A stretch of DNA of 63,078 nucleotides, filler included, from 13 parts of 13 records of this genome joined end to end with filler, not necessarily neighbours in it, one strand, 5' to 3'. Counted from the first letter of the whole stretch, positions 48,101 through 59,880 are shown. The notes: a model not told the origin generated them from the sequence alone. Numbers and translations: made by a program.

Positions 48101-51085
48101 GACAGTCCGAGGGAATACTGCAGCAGCGCCGGGGGCAGCTGGCCTTTCCCAGGCACACTCCTACTCCTTTAGCTTGCCGGACGGATCAAACATTGTTCAA
48201 TTTGATGCATGTAAGTCCTAGGCCAGCCTGTACCCATGCACTCCACACAAACGGACGTTGTCCGTCAATGCCACGCACCATTAGAAGCAAATGCAAAATG
48301 AACTGACGTACGGAAACCCGCAACAGGTGACTCAACATTTGACACAATTTTGCGAATTATGAGCGCTGATCTCTCGACCGAGTTGGAGACGTGTGATGAC
48401 TGTGGGCCTTGTGGCACGAGGACGGTGCTTGATGCAGAGCTTGTCTGCAACCGTGGCGGTGCAGCTTGCAACTACGCGTTGGTGATAGATGGTTATGGCG
48501 GTCAGCGTGGCCATTATAGCATCACCATGGGTTGCTCGCGAGAGAGTGAGGATATTGTTGGCTCGATTGGCTGCGGTGATACTATCGTAGGGACGACTGT
48601 TGGAGCAACAGCCTCAATTGGCATCGAAGGTGGTGATCATCTATATTCCTTTGTCGTCGACTACGCGCGCTTGGTGCAGTTTGACAGCTGTGCTAGTAGC
48701 TTTGACACGGCACTGCGAGTGATGTCGTCGCAGCTTGATAACGAGCTCAGCTCGTGTGACGATTGCAGCGGTTTGTGCGAAGGAAGAGCTGTGCTGGACG
48801 CAGACATGATGCCTGGCGATTACATCCTCGTCGTTGGTGGTGCCAGAGGATCTTGCCAGTGCAGCGGTGTGACGAACAATATTGGAGAGGGCGATGACTG
48901 TCACGATTTTGATATTGGGATTGGCGCATGGTGCTACACTAATCAAGGAGTCTGTGATGATGGAGAACCGAGTGGTAGAGTTGGAGGGCAGGACTATTCG
49001 TACGCCGCTTGCCTCCAACAACCGCAGGAAGAGGGAGAGTACTCCATTACGATGAACTGCCCTGGGGAGAGCGGCTTCTTAGATGGCACAATTGACTGTG
49101 GGGAGACCGTCACAGGCACGACACGCTTAGCGACAAGCCATGTTGGGACAGGAGCAGGCGATCACATCTTCTCCTTTGCGTGCGATACTGACAGCCCGCT
49201 CAATCAGTGCGATATCACCTTCGACAGCTGCGCCTCCGGTTTTGACACATACCTTCGGATTTATAACGAAGACATGTCGGAGGAGGTTGCTGGATGTGAT
49301 GACTGTGGAACCTGCGGAACAAGGAGCATTCTCTCAAATACTGTTTTGAACAAGGGAAACTACCACCTTGTTGTCGAAGGCTATTCCATGTCTGAAGGCT
49401 CCTATTCCGTTTTCATGGAGTGTGCTGATGTATCTGCACCGACCATCGAGCCGTGTGTTTGCAGTGGGGCTCAGAACGCAGCAGGAGAGGGAGCTGACTG
49501 CCTAGACTTTGACGGTGCGACGCCATGGTGTTACACCGACCACGATGTGTGCAATGATGGTGCACCGAGTGCATCGGTGGACGCAGACTGGAGCTACTCA
49601 GCCTGTGATCACTATGAGCCCCCACCGCCTCCGTCGCCACCTATCCGAGGCTGCACAAATCCTAGTGCGATCAACTACAATCCATTAGCGACTGAAAACG
49701 TCGATGCAGACTGCATCATTCATGCGCCACCGCCACCTCCATCAGTGCAGGCAGGCAATGCCGAGTACAACTTCTGCTTCGGCGACTATAGTTCTAGCAG
49801 TTTCACAGAGACATTTGACTCTGCGGATAGATGGACCCAGGTGGACGACGAATTTTTAACGGAGCCAGGCAATTGGGTGGTCACAGATGGTGTAGCAACG
49901 GAGATCTCAGACGCATACGGGAACAACCCAGGTGATGACGCCATCATGGGAACTTATCTCATGATGGATGGCATTTACGACCAGTTCATTCTGGAGGTCG
50001 AGGTTGTCAATAACGACAATGATGGCGTCGGGTTTCTTTTCGGATATCAAGATGTGATCGACCACTTCACAGCCACTGAGATCAACGACGTGTGGCCAAG
50101 TCCCGCAGCAGATGGCTACAGTGGCCCTGCCATGAAAATACGGCGGCGAGATGGAGAATCCATGACTACGCTCAATCGATTGACGACGCCCTTCTCTTTA
50201 TTAGACTCAGAAGACGGAGACGATGGTTTAAGTGTCAACAAACGAGGGTACACGCCATATTTAGTGGCACCGGCTGTTCAGAAGATGGCACTCAAGGTCG
50301 AATGCTGTGACTCTCGGGCCCACTATATCGTTACGTTTCAGTCGACGCGTGGCGGAAGCGCACCTGAGAGCGTGACAGGCTACACCGATGAGTATCGACC
50401 TGGGCAGATTGGCTTATTTGTTTACAGCCACACCTGTATGTTTGATAATTTGCGGATTACACCTCTTGGCCCAGGCTCTGTTCCTGTCCGCCACGATGTA
50501 GGCGGGATATGCACAGATGGCCAGCCACCTCCGTTGCTACCACCGATACCAATCCCTCCAGCTGGCACAGGGCTCGCCACTCCATCGACAGATGTGATGG
50601 TCGCGAGTGTCGACGCATCGTCTACAACATATCAACTCCGTATCACCCTAGGTGGAATCGCCCAGAACGTGTACACGTCCTTCGGAGATGCGGATGGATC
50701 TCTCGCACTGCCGCCGTCGTATCAGGTCCCGGCACCGTTCGGCGCTGACGTCGGAGGTGTCAGTCCTCAGTTCTTTCCCATTTTGCCCTCCTCTCAGTTC
50801 GACTCATGGCTGACGATTGGAGCGACAGATGGAAGTGAAACGCAATTGAGCTCTGTCGGGCTGGACTTCGCATTGTGGACTGCAGAGAGTGCCCTCAGCT
50901 GCTCTAATTGTGCAGTTTTTCTGATGGACCCGGATAGTGGCCCGACGACTAGCAGCATCGTTGTTGCGCAGGTGACGATGCGGCTCGGCGAGTCGGGTGT
51001 TGTGACGATGGGGCTGCAAGGGCGGTCGGTGGACACTGCGCTTGGGTCTGACTGGGCTAGCCACGTCCTTTTCGTCGTACCTTAA
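45117..51085 (+). CDS. Large extracellular protein: Ca-binding EGF array, 9 'CDDCGxC' repeats, small Cys modules, TSP-C/lectin-like domain and C-terminal beta domain (5' truncated, 2 exons seen)
   Basis: Notch-type cbEGF repeats (e.g. [36 protein letters not shown]). Intron 48211-48326 rejoins 'VQFDAC|DSTFDTILRI'. 'NNDNDGVGFLFGYQD...GQIGLFVYS' resembles the thrombospondin C-terminal domain. No TM helix at the C-terminus. Confidence 0.9.
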
Positions 51086-51391
51086 CCAATTCGTTCCCAT
51101 AATCATCTATCGCTTTGCCATCTACATACTACTATCTTGTAGCGCCATGCTCCACATGACGTCAATGGATACTCTGTTTTGAAAACTATAGAGAAAACCT
51201 GCACAGACCCCTACAGTAAATCGTAGATGTTCGTCCAGGCGAAGGCTGACACCACGTACAGGCCCGATTTATTTTCAGATCCGATTCCAGTCAATTGGGC
51301 AATACACAATTGCTGTTGGCTAGTAGACGTGCCACCCGCGAACGGCAAGTTGTGACACGGCCGATCAAAAATTCACTGCAAGGCTGTACCG

Positions 51392-51491
51392 NNNNNNNNN
51401 NNNNNNNNNNNNNNNNNNNNNNNNNNNNNNNNNNNTTAATTAATTAANNNNNNNNNNNNNNNNNNNNNNNNNNNNNNNNNNNNNNNNNNNN
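51392..51491. other. Artificial contig-joining spacer
   Basis: N44-TTAATTAATTAA-N44. Confidence 0.99.
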
Positions 51492-51492
51492 G

Positions 51493-53833
51493 GAAAAAAT
51501 CGCCCTCGACACGGCGATTTCACAGGGTCGATTTGCGGAGGCGCGGCAGCTGATCAATCGCCTGGAGATGCTGCGTGAGCCCACTCTGGATGCGCCAGGC
51601 TCCGGCACGCAGATCCGGCTTACACCCAAGTCTGCCTCTGCAGCACTCAGCACTGAGCCCACCGTCCTCAGTGCCGTGCCAGCGAACAGCTCGGTCTACG
51701 AAGCTCGCTTCGAGCTACCAACGAGTTTAGCTCCAGGGGAATACACAGCAGAGATCTCGAACGGGCTCAGCTCGCAGTCGAAAGGGCAATGGTTCCCTAT
51801 GGAAATGTTTGTCGGCTCCGACTCAAGCTCTCCCGTGGGCAACGGAAGCAACGGGAGCCTCTCGGTTGTGACGATAAGCAAGGCCAGGGACTGGTCGACC
51901 AAAGTGTTTCAGGTAGACTGCGAGTGGGACAAGCCTATCTTCGAGCGGCCCTGTGGGTGGGTCGGAGCCAGGGATACCGGACAGATCGACGCGGCGCTCG
52001 CAAAGGCCAAAGTGGCTGGCGGAGGAATTGTCTATCTGCCCAGAGGTCAGTACTACGTCGACGGCCCGATCGTCGTACCACCAAATACACGGCTGCGAGG
52101 TGAGGGGCAGGATTTAGTTGCGATTTACTTTCGCGAGCAGCAGCCGTGGGAGGCCCCAATGCCTGGGTACATTCATGCAAACAACTCTGCGGCTGCATGG
52201 GCAGTGGAGGACCTGACCGTGTACGTGAGCGCTTTCTACCACTCAGTCGTGCACGTTGGACCGACTACAGTCGACTTCACTCTGCAGCGTGTCCGCGTGA
52301 GAGCAGCAGCGTATGCAATGCTCGATGATCGTGGCTGTGGCACAACCTGTGGTTCAAATAGCCGTGGCAACAACATCAGCTGCCTGAACGACAGCTGCCC
52401 TCAAAACAAGCACCGTTTCGCCAACTTCTCACACATGTCCTCCGGTGAAGTCGTCATGCTCGCTGGAAACTCTGGCTATCGGATCACCGACTGCGATCTA
52501 CTTGGAACCGCCATTATCATACACACAGGCACTCATGGCGCGAGCAGTGGATCCCCTGCACGATATGGTTACATAGCGCGCAACATCCTCTGGAATGCCA
52601 ATGCAGCACATTGGTTCGACGGTAACTACTCCACGCAAAACCGTTTGTTGAGCTGATCGATTTAAATTGCGACTAATGGTCACCATACTTGCTTGTTTCT
52701 GACCAGGAATCAAGGAAGTCATCTTCGAGTGGAACGAGATCAAGCCTGGTGGTGCCAGTCCGAGCTGGGGCAATAATGTTGACACCTACGCCGGGGGCTG
52801 GGCTGGTCATGTTTGGCACGCTCACAACTCTTTCGCGTCTGTATGGATGGGTGACAGAGAGTATATGACCTTTGACGGCAGTCAAGCACTTTATTTCGGC
52901 CCTGCAACACAGCAGGGACCTGGATCAGCTACGCTCATTCTCAGTGACGACGTCCACGGCTCAGGGGAGCATGCTGCGTGCGCGACTGTTCTGGACGGTG
53001 CAGGCGCTGGGCAGTACCGCCGCGTTGTAGGCTGGACGAAAGGTAGCCCACGGCCTCGTTCGTGCTCGTCATCGCCACAACCCTGCAAGGCGAAAGGGCG
53101 CACGTTCTGCCCGACGTTGAACGAGAAGAACCAGTGTCAGTACCCGCCGAAGCCCTGTCCACCCTGCCCGAAGGTTCCGCCACCGTCATCAGGACCAAAT
53201 CACAACCAGACCATCACGTTAGACAAACCATTCACAACAGCGCTCGACAGCACATCGATGATCCAACTTGGCACTTGCCATATGATGTTACTCTTTCACG
53301 ACAACTATTACGCGGATGGTGGAGCTGTGCAAATGATTGGTGACGGGATGGATATTATCGTGTCAGAGACTCGTTTCGAACGCACGGAGGGATTATACAT
53401 GTGGGGAAGAAGCGGCAGTGGTGGATACAGCCCCAATTGCCGTGTGCAGTTTCTGGAAAACACTGTTCTTGAAGGAAACCATTTGTGGAACTACAACGGC
53501 AGCTATCCGTACGGCTACGAACCGCTTGGTCCTGCGAGCAAGACCGCTGAGCCCTTCTGGATGGGTGTGCCAGGTGGTGGTCAAGGACCTGGCTGCCCAT
53601 TCCAGGGTGCGATCAATCACAATCTTGTCTTTCGCTCCAACAAATTCCTGAGCAACGCGGGTCTCATCATTGCGGGCAATACGCTCAACGGGCTAATTGA
53701 AGGCAACGTGATAGTCAACTCGAGTGTCGGAATCAATGTGACTGCCCCTCTCCGCGACCCAACGAGCCCGTTCGATGGACAAAACGTCGTGAAGCATGTG
53801 CTTGTCACGAACAACAACGTCACGGTCGACTAA
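51493..53833 (+). CDS. Pectate-lyase-superfamily (Pectate_lyase_3-like) right-handed beta-helix protein, probable polysaccharide-active enzyme (5' truncated)
   Basis: 'DTGQIDAALAKAKVAGGGIVYLPRGQYYVDGPIVVPPNTRLRGEG' and Asn-rich beta-helix strands ('NGLIEGNVIVNS'). Intron 52622-52706 joins the two ORFs in frame. Confidence 0.8.
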
Positions 53834-54972
53834 GCACTATGAAGAAGCGTGGCCTTCTTTATTGGTATCCATGGACTGGTTCTTTTCGCCTTGGAGCACT
53901 TTGACGGTTTTGCTTGTGGCGTGCTTGTGAATGGACGCACAATATGTTATGTATGCTGCGCCTCCATTGAGAGTCCACGGCTTGCCGGGTGTGTGTTCTA
54001 CCTTCCCCTGCCCAAACTCAGGTAGGAGGTTGGGGTCGTTCGCCTTAACTCCCCACGATGCCATGTTCATGCCAAGCGGATCAAAGACTTCCAGCCACGC
54101 ATGATCTCAGTCAGCGTCGTGCCCATCGCAACCTCGACGCGTCGACTAGCGACGATGTGGCCGAAAGCGTAGTTCCATGGGTACTGGGTCGGTGACGCAG
54201 TGGCACTGTGTCAATCTTGGGTGCCAGCTTCTCCAGTGTAAGTTGTGTCGTCGTGATGAGTGATAGAGGGCGTAAGGTTCAAGATAGTCAAGTAACTGGC
54301 AATACTGTTCGGTGGGTCATGCATTATTTCTATTGAATTTCGGCGGTCGCGCGGGGCACGGCCGGGCCGCGCGACGCGCGCGCCTGCGTTCAGGGCGCGA
54401 GCGGAACAGTGCTGCAATGTAGCCCACGATTGGTACTTTGGCATCGCTGGCGCAGTATGCCTTGATGGACAGTTTCAACATGCGTCACCCTGTACACATT
54501 CTATGTATAATCATTCAAAATATCGCAAGTATCGTTGGCGAATATGGGAATATTTGTCTCGACAGCTCAGTAGATTTTGACCGAATTCGCAATTAGGTCC
54601 TCCAATCGTCCTCCAATCAGGTCCCGATTCTGAATATTGCAAGTTTTGCTACAGATACAGAATTCTGTACACAGTGTTTCTCATATACCGTTTGTCTAGC
54701 AACCTCAACGACAGTCATTTCATTTGAGGTGGCGCGAGTGATTGTTTGAACGCCTTTTCGATGCGGTATAATTCATCAGTCCAACGGCCGCTCTGTTTTA
54801 TAAGATTGCTTCTAGGAGGTCAGAACCATCTGAACTCTGAGCATCGTCGTGAACATCTACAGTACTGTACTCGACTTCGACTACGTACGGTACGTGTACC
54901 TGGTCCGGATAACATTTTTATCAATAATGCATAGACAGGCTCCGCTTGCGGAACAGTGCTGCAAACTCAGAC

Positions 54973-55072
54973 NNNNNNNNNNNNNNNNNNNNNNNNNNNN
55001 NNNNNNNNNNNNNNNNTTAATTAATTAANNNNNNNNNNNNNNNNNNNNNNNNNNNNNNNNNNNNNNNNNNNN
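54973..55072. other. Artificial contig-joining spacer
   Basis: N44-TTAATTAATTAA-N44. Confidence 0.99.
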
Positions 55073-55074
55073 AG

Positions 55075-56861
55075 GTGGTTGCAAATGTCATGCGACACGA
55101 GTGGATTGATGGCCGAGACTCCACTCGCGCCGAACTGGAGAAATTGAAATTTCCTGAGCTATTGGAACGAGCCCAGAAACTGAACCTCGATGCAATAAGT
55201 CTCGATCATTGCAAGAAACGGAGATTGATCGACATGCTCCAAGAGCGAACAGTGCAGCAGCAAGACGATGATGCCGATGAACAAGTGTTCCTGGACAGTC
55301 TGGAGATAAAAACTACCGAGGAACTGATGGTGCTTGCAAACGCGCGTCTCGGCATGCACGAACAAGAGGTGATTGTGGACGTGCTGTTGGAAGAGGAGAT
55401 CATGCAAAGTGATCATATCAGCAAGCTCCGTCAAGAGTGGCTGGATATTCCGTGCATCGGTGGCCAGCGCCGGCGGGAACTCATCAGGGAGGAAGTTGAG
55501 CAGGTGATGCGGCGGATGGCGGCGGAGGAGAAGAAGGCAAACGAACGAAAGGAGCAGGCCTTGAATTCATCACCGAAGACATCCTGTCGCCCCCACAACA
55601 TTCCGCATGCATGTGGAGCAGCGGTCGAGGACGTGATGACCTGTCTAACTGACAAGAAAACTGGAGAGCGCTGCCTGATCGAGCACCTTTTACAGAACCA
55701 TAATGCTCCACACCCACGTCTCACCAGTGTCATGCGTCGGCTGCTTAACAAGGCGCAGCGTGTGTCTTCTTCTTTTGCACACGCGCCACAGCTGGAGGTT
55801 GCCGAGAGCTCCAAATTTCAGCTGCGTGTCCCTCTAATTTTGCAAACCAAAATTGTGAAGCGTGCCACGTGCGACCGTTTTCGTTTACGATCGAGCTGGG
55901 CAGTTTTGTGCAACGCGCTGGACTGGTTCATCCCTCTCGGTTTCATCACACGGAACTGCTACTTTCATGCAAGCGTTGAGAGCCAGGTCGACGAGTTCCT
56001 TCACTCCAAGTGTGCGCATGCCAGCGCGGCGATGCCCGACGAGGTGGCACGAAGCCTTACACTGCAGATGGAGGAGTTCATGTCACCAGCGCACTCTGTC
56101 ACTCTGTCCGAGTTTATGTGCGTGTCTATGTTCCTGTGTTCCTCTGTATGTGTTCGAATATGTTGTGATGCCTCATCCATATGCAATCAGTAGTGTGAAG
56201 ACGCATACAGTCATCCACGACTGTGGCCGTAGGCAAGAGAGTCAGCATGCGTGTGTGGGCGTGTTGCAACTGCTGCAGGTATCAGCTAACCTACTACGTC
56301 TTCAAGGTGAGGAATCGGTCCATTGCCGACAGGCTCCGCTGCAACCTGCACCGATTGCTCTCGAAGTGTCACTGTGTGCAAATGAACTGGCCCAGCAACG
56401 CCTTGCGGCTGCCTTGGCGCGAAGCCTTCACGCAAGAAGAGGAAGAGCTGGCCATGAGCTACTTGCTCTATCGCTACAGTGACTTTATCGATCGAAGGCG
56501 TGGCTCCATCGCGCAGAAGGGGGGAAACGAGCCGTATACGTCTGGCGGTGTGCTGCTCGAGCCGCATGTCGTTGGACTGCTCAGAGAAGAGCGGGAAGCG
56601 TTAGCAACATCCGCCGAGCAGGAAGAGGACATGAAGGACGACATTAGGGCTATTGTTAAGGAGGAAGTGGAGCGCGCCTTGGAATTGGATCACCAAAGAG
56701 CGGATAACAAGGAGCTGCTAGTGGAGCAGCTAAGGCGAGAATTGGAGCAGGCCCAGAAGGAAGCGCTGGCAGCCAAGAAAGAGGCTCATCGAGTACAGGC
56801 AGAGATCGAGCATGTGCGTTCTGCTGTGCAGTCTGCGAGCACGACTCTCTCAGCTGATTGA
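55075..56861 (+). CDS. Hypothetical helical/coiled-coil protein (5' truncated, at least one intron near 56120-56278)
   Basis: Two consecutive long ORFs with coding-like composition; HeH/SAP-like 'ELEKLKFPELLERAQKLNL...KRRLIDML'; C-terminal coiled coil. No family recognised. Confidence 0.6.
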
Positions 56862-57091
56862 CCTCGGAGACGACTCCAGATGTTCATGATCGAGCAGATG
56901 GACCACGCAGGAAGGCCACATGCGAGTAGATTGGGAGCTGTGATACTCATGCACCCAGTTCATTTATCTGCGAGCATCTCCAGAGCTGTAGCCGGAGGCA
57001 GCTACTGCCACTACACACGCGCATCTGCGTGTACCGCATGTTCAATCACAATGTGATTGTGATTGGCACTTAGCTGGGCTGTCTCTCTGTT

Positions 57092-59096
57092 TCACCACGC
57101 AACCTTTAGCGTGCGTGCCGTCGTCGCCGGTGCCGTGCCGCACGCCAGCACTAGTGACGACGCCTCCACCATCAACTCATTGTCCCCTCCGTCTGCTAGC
57201 GTCTTGGTAACATCGCTCTTCTCCGCAATCCACCACCCTGGTGCTATGCCTGCATTAGTCTTCGTCAGAGGCTTCCCGTCACAGCTTGCGGACGAGGGGG
57301 GTGTTGCCTCGCCGTACATCACAAGCCAATGCGCCCTGGTGCTCGCCATGCCCTGGAACGTCCCATTGGGGGCAGATACCAAGACGTCTAGTGTCTTTCC
57401 ACTCCTGGTGCTACCAGACATCTGCAGCTCTTTGGTGTAGCCTGTGGTGTAGGTCAAGGTCGTAGTTGCTGCAGCCATCGGGCGAAGCTCAGGGCGCGCC
57501 ACATCGCGAAAATCTAAAGATTCACCGTCATCTTCGTAAACGACACCTTCACCCTTGGCATTCCCAGTGCCAGGGGCCACCATCCAAACGAGTGGGTCTG
57601 CGGTAGTCTGGTATGCAGACACCATAGTGCGCGTCGGAATCACCGCGCCTGCACGTACGTACACTGGGGTCTCATCCAAGCTATACTGCCTCGTGTCTAC
57701 GATGGGCCCCTTTAGAATCTCAGCTGGTGCCACATTCCTACCGACATCGGCTGCAGAAGATGACGCAGCACTTGTCCAGGCAACCCACTCACCAGGTGGC
57801 AGCCACACAGATCGTGGGACCGTGCCTTTATTGCGAGCATCCCACGTGGTGTCGTTGTTTGGCGGAGCTTCAGGGTCGTGAGAAAGTGGTTCGGTCACTG
57901 GCGCAACTAGAAAATCGCGACCGAAGAAATACTGCCGGCCGAACTCGGGCGCGTACGCCTCGGCCTCACTAGAAGCAGCGGGATCCCAATAGGTCGGGGT
58001 GAGCAGTGCCTCGCCGCTGCCATAGGCTCGTAGTGCGGCATGAGAATAAATGTACGGCACCTGCGCGTAGTGCAACGCAAACATACGCGTGAGTCAAAAC
58101 CAAGTTGCCTGCTAGTGCTGTGGATGGCAAATGACTTACAAGGTTTGATCGAGTCACCATCGGGCGACGCATCAGGGCGTACCAGTCAGCACCAAACGTC
58201 CATGGGCGCTGTTCACAGTATCGACAATGAGTCCTGAAGATCGGCGCATAGCATCCAAACTGTAGCCACCGCAAGTAAAGTTCGGGTCCTTCTGTGTGAT
58301 ATACGTCGTCCACAGGCGACCCGGAGAAACCGCCAATGTCGTGTGACCACCAGCCAAACCCGACATTTGCAGCGCGAGGTGTGAAATATGTCTGGTAGGT
58401 CAGCGTATCCCACTTGCGGACCGTGTCTCCACTGAAGCCAACAGGCGTGCGATGTTGCCCAAGCCCTCCATATCGGGAGAAGTTGATGCTACGCTTCTTC
58501 CTCTTGGTACCGGGGTAGCGCACGTAGAGCTCGTTTGTAAAGGTGGTGACTTCCGGGGAATCTGTCCACGAATAGTCTGCAGCAACGGATGCTCCACTAA
58601 CTGGGGTGGGATTGATCATATATTTGAAGTAAGCCTCCACGTACTGCCGAGAGCAGGTCATGGACTTGTCATGCGCCTCAGTGCCACATGCTTGGTTTAA
58701 GTCCGTCATCGTCTTGTTGCCATCTGTGTTGAACCCGATTGCTGCTGCCATGGCAGCATAGTTCTCTTGACACGCGTTGATTCCAACGTCAGGATGTGTG
58801 TTCACTGCTACTTTAATGCCGAGTGGTCCTCTCATTCCGTTGAGCTTCGCGACAAACGCATGTGGGTCTGAAAAGAGGGTTTTGTTCCATGTGTATCCTC
58901 CCCAGTTGCCTGGGCCACTAGCATAGCACGGCTGCGAGAACATGTTGTGCCATTCCATATCCATTACTAGTACGTGCATCGGAAGGTTCCGCTGTGTGTA
59001 ACCGGTGACCACCTCGTTGATGATGTGGTCCTCAGACATCACTCCGAAGTACTCGCCACCCCAAGGGATGTTATGTGGATTGCCCCAATGCCGACT
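57092..59096 (-). CDS. GH31 glycoside hydrolase (alpha-glucosidase/xylosidase-like; 5' truncated)
   Basis: 'PMHVLVMDMEWH', 'GGYTWNKTLFSDP', 'SRYGGLGQHRTPVGFSGD', 'WWSHDIGGF', 'ELYLRWLQFG', 'QYFFGRDFLVAPV', 'PVYVRAGAVIP', 'VYEDDGES'. Intron 58061-58139. Confidence 0.93.
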
Positions 59097-59196
59097 NNNN
59101 NNNNNNNNNNNNNNNNNNNNNNNNNNNNNNNNNNNNNNNNTTAATTAATTAANNNNNNNNNNNNNNNNNNNNNNNNNNNNNNNNNNNNNNNNNNNN
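59097..59196. other. Artificial contig-joining spacer
   Basis: N44-TTAATTAATTAA-N44. Confidence 0.99.
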
Positions 59197-59259
59197 AAAC
59201 GCTATGCCAGCATAATTCCGACGACCCAAGCCACAGGGCAGAATTTCGTCGGGGGCAGA

Positions 59260-59880
59260 ATGCTACTAGTATGACAAACAGGTAGCCTACATGCAACTTA
59301 CTATTTATAGTAGCACACTACTAGCTAGAGTGTACACAATTATACGGTCCTCAAGCTGTCCTCAGTACTCTGAGAATGATCGGGTACTCACTACCGTACC
59401 GTACTACGAGTACAGTACCAGGCTACTCGAGTACCTGAAGAGTAAGTATGAATAGGAACCCATTCGAATACTTGATCTACTATTATAATTTCAGTGATTA
59501 TTGCAATTACGACAATTACTAAATTACGAAGTTACACCCAGATACTTGATCTACCGGTAGTATAGTACCTCCTATCAATAGGTACTGTACATGTGCTGTA
59601 CTATCATAGCTACTATAATGGATCTATTATAATATTCGAATAGTACTGTACTTGAGAGAGTACTATGTACTAGTAGTACAAACTCTAAAGTGCCGCCTAC
59701 CGCGCACTGGGCGCACACCGTTCATGATTTCGACGTACCGGATCGTTGGTCGTATCTTCAATCTTATCTCTCATCAGGTACCGCGCCGGCGGCGGCGCGG
59801 TACGCGCACGCCCTCTACGCACTACGGTACGTACTATAGTACTATTATAGTAGTAGTAGTAGCACTGATCCGTAGTCGAT
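59260..59880. repeat. AT-rich low-complexity non-coding region dominated by TAC/GTA/TAG words
   Basis: Many gtac/tagta/tacta words; 13-bp direct repeat atacttgatctac at 59468 and 59542; (tag)n run at about 59848-59862. Confidence 0.7.

Noticed and set aside
45950-49425. CRISPR-like or DGR-like periodic DNA repeats
   Set aside because: The periodicity is about 350 bp of in-frame protein domain repeats with synonymous divergence; no identical short repeats with spacers, and no cas or RT gene.
54106-54110. In-frame TGA before 'DHAWLEV' as selenocysteine
   Set aside because: A TAG lies a few codons upstream in the same frame, there is no redox motif context, and I cannot identify a SECIS.
5827-59196. 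Regularly recurring TTAATTAATTAA flanked by Ns, superficially like a repeat array
   Set aside because: Identical 100-bp synthetic linkers with six-frame stops used to concatenate contigs; not biological.
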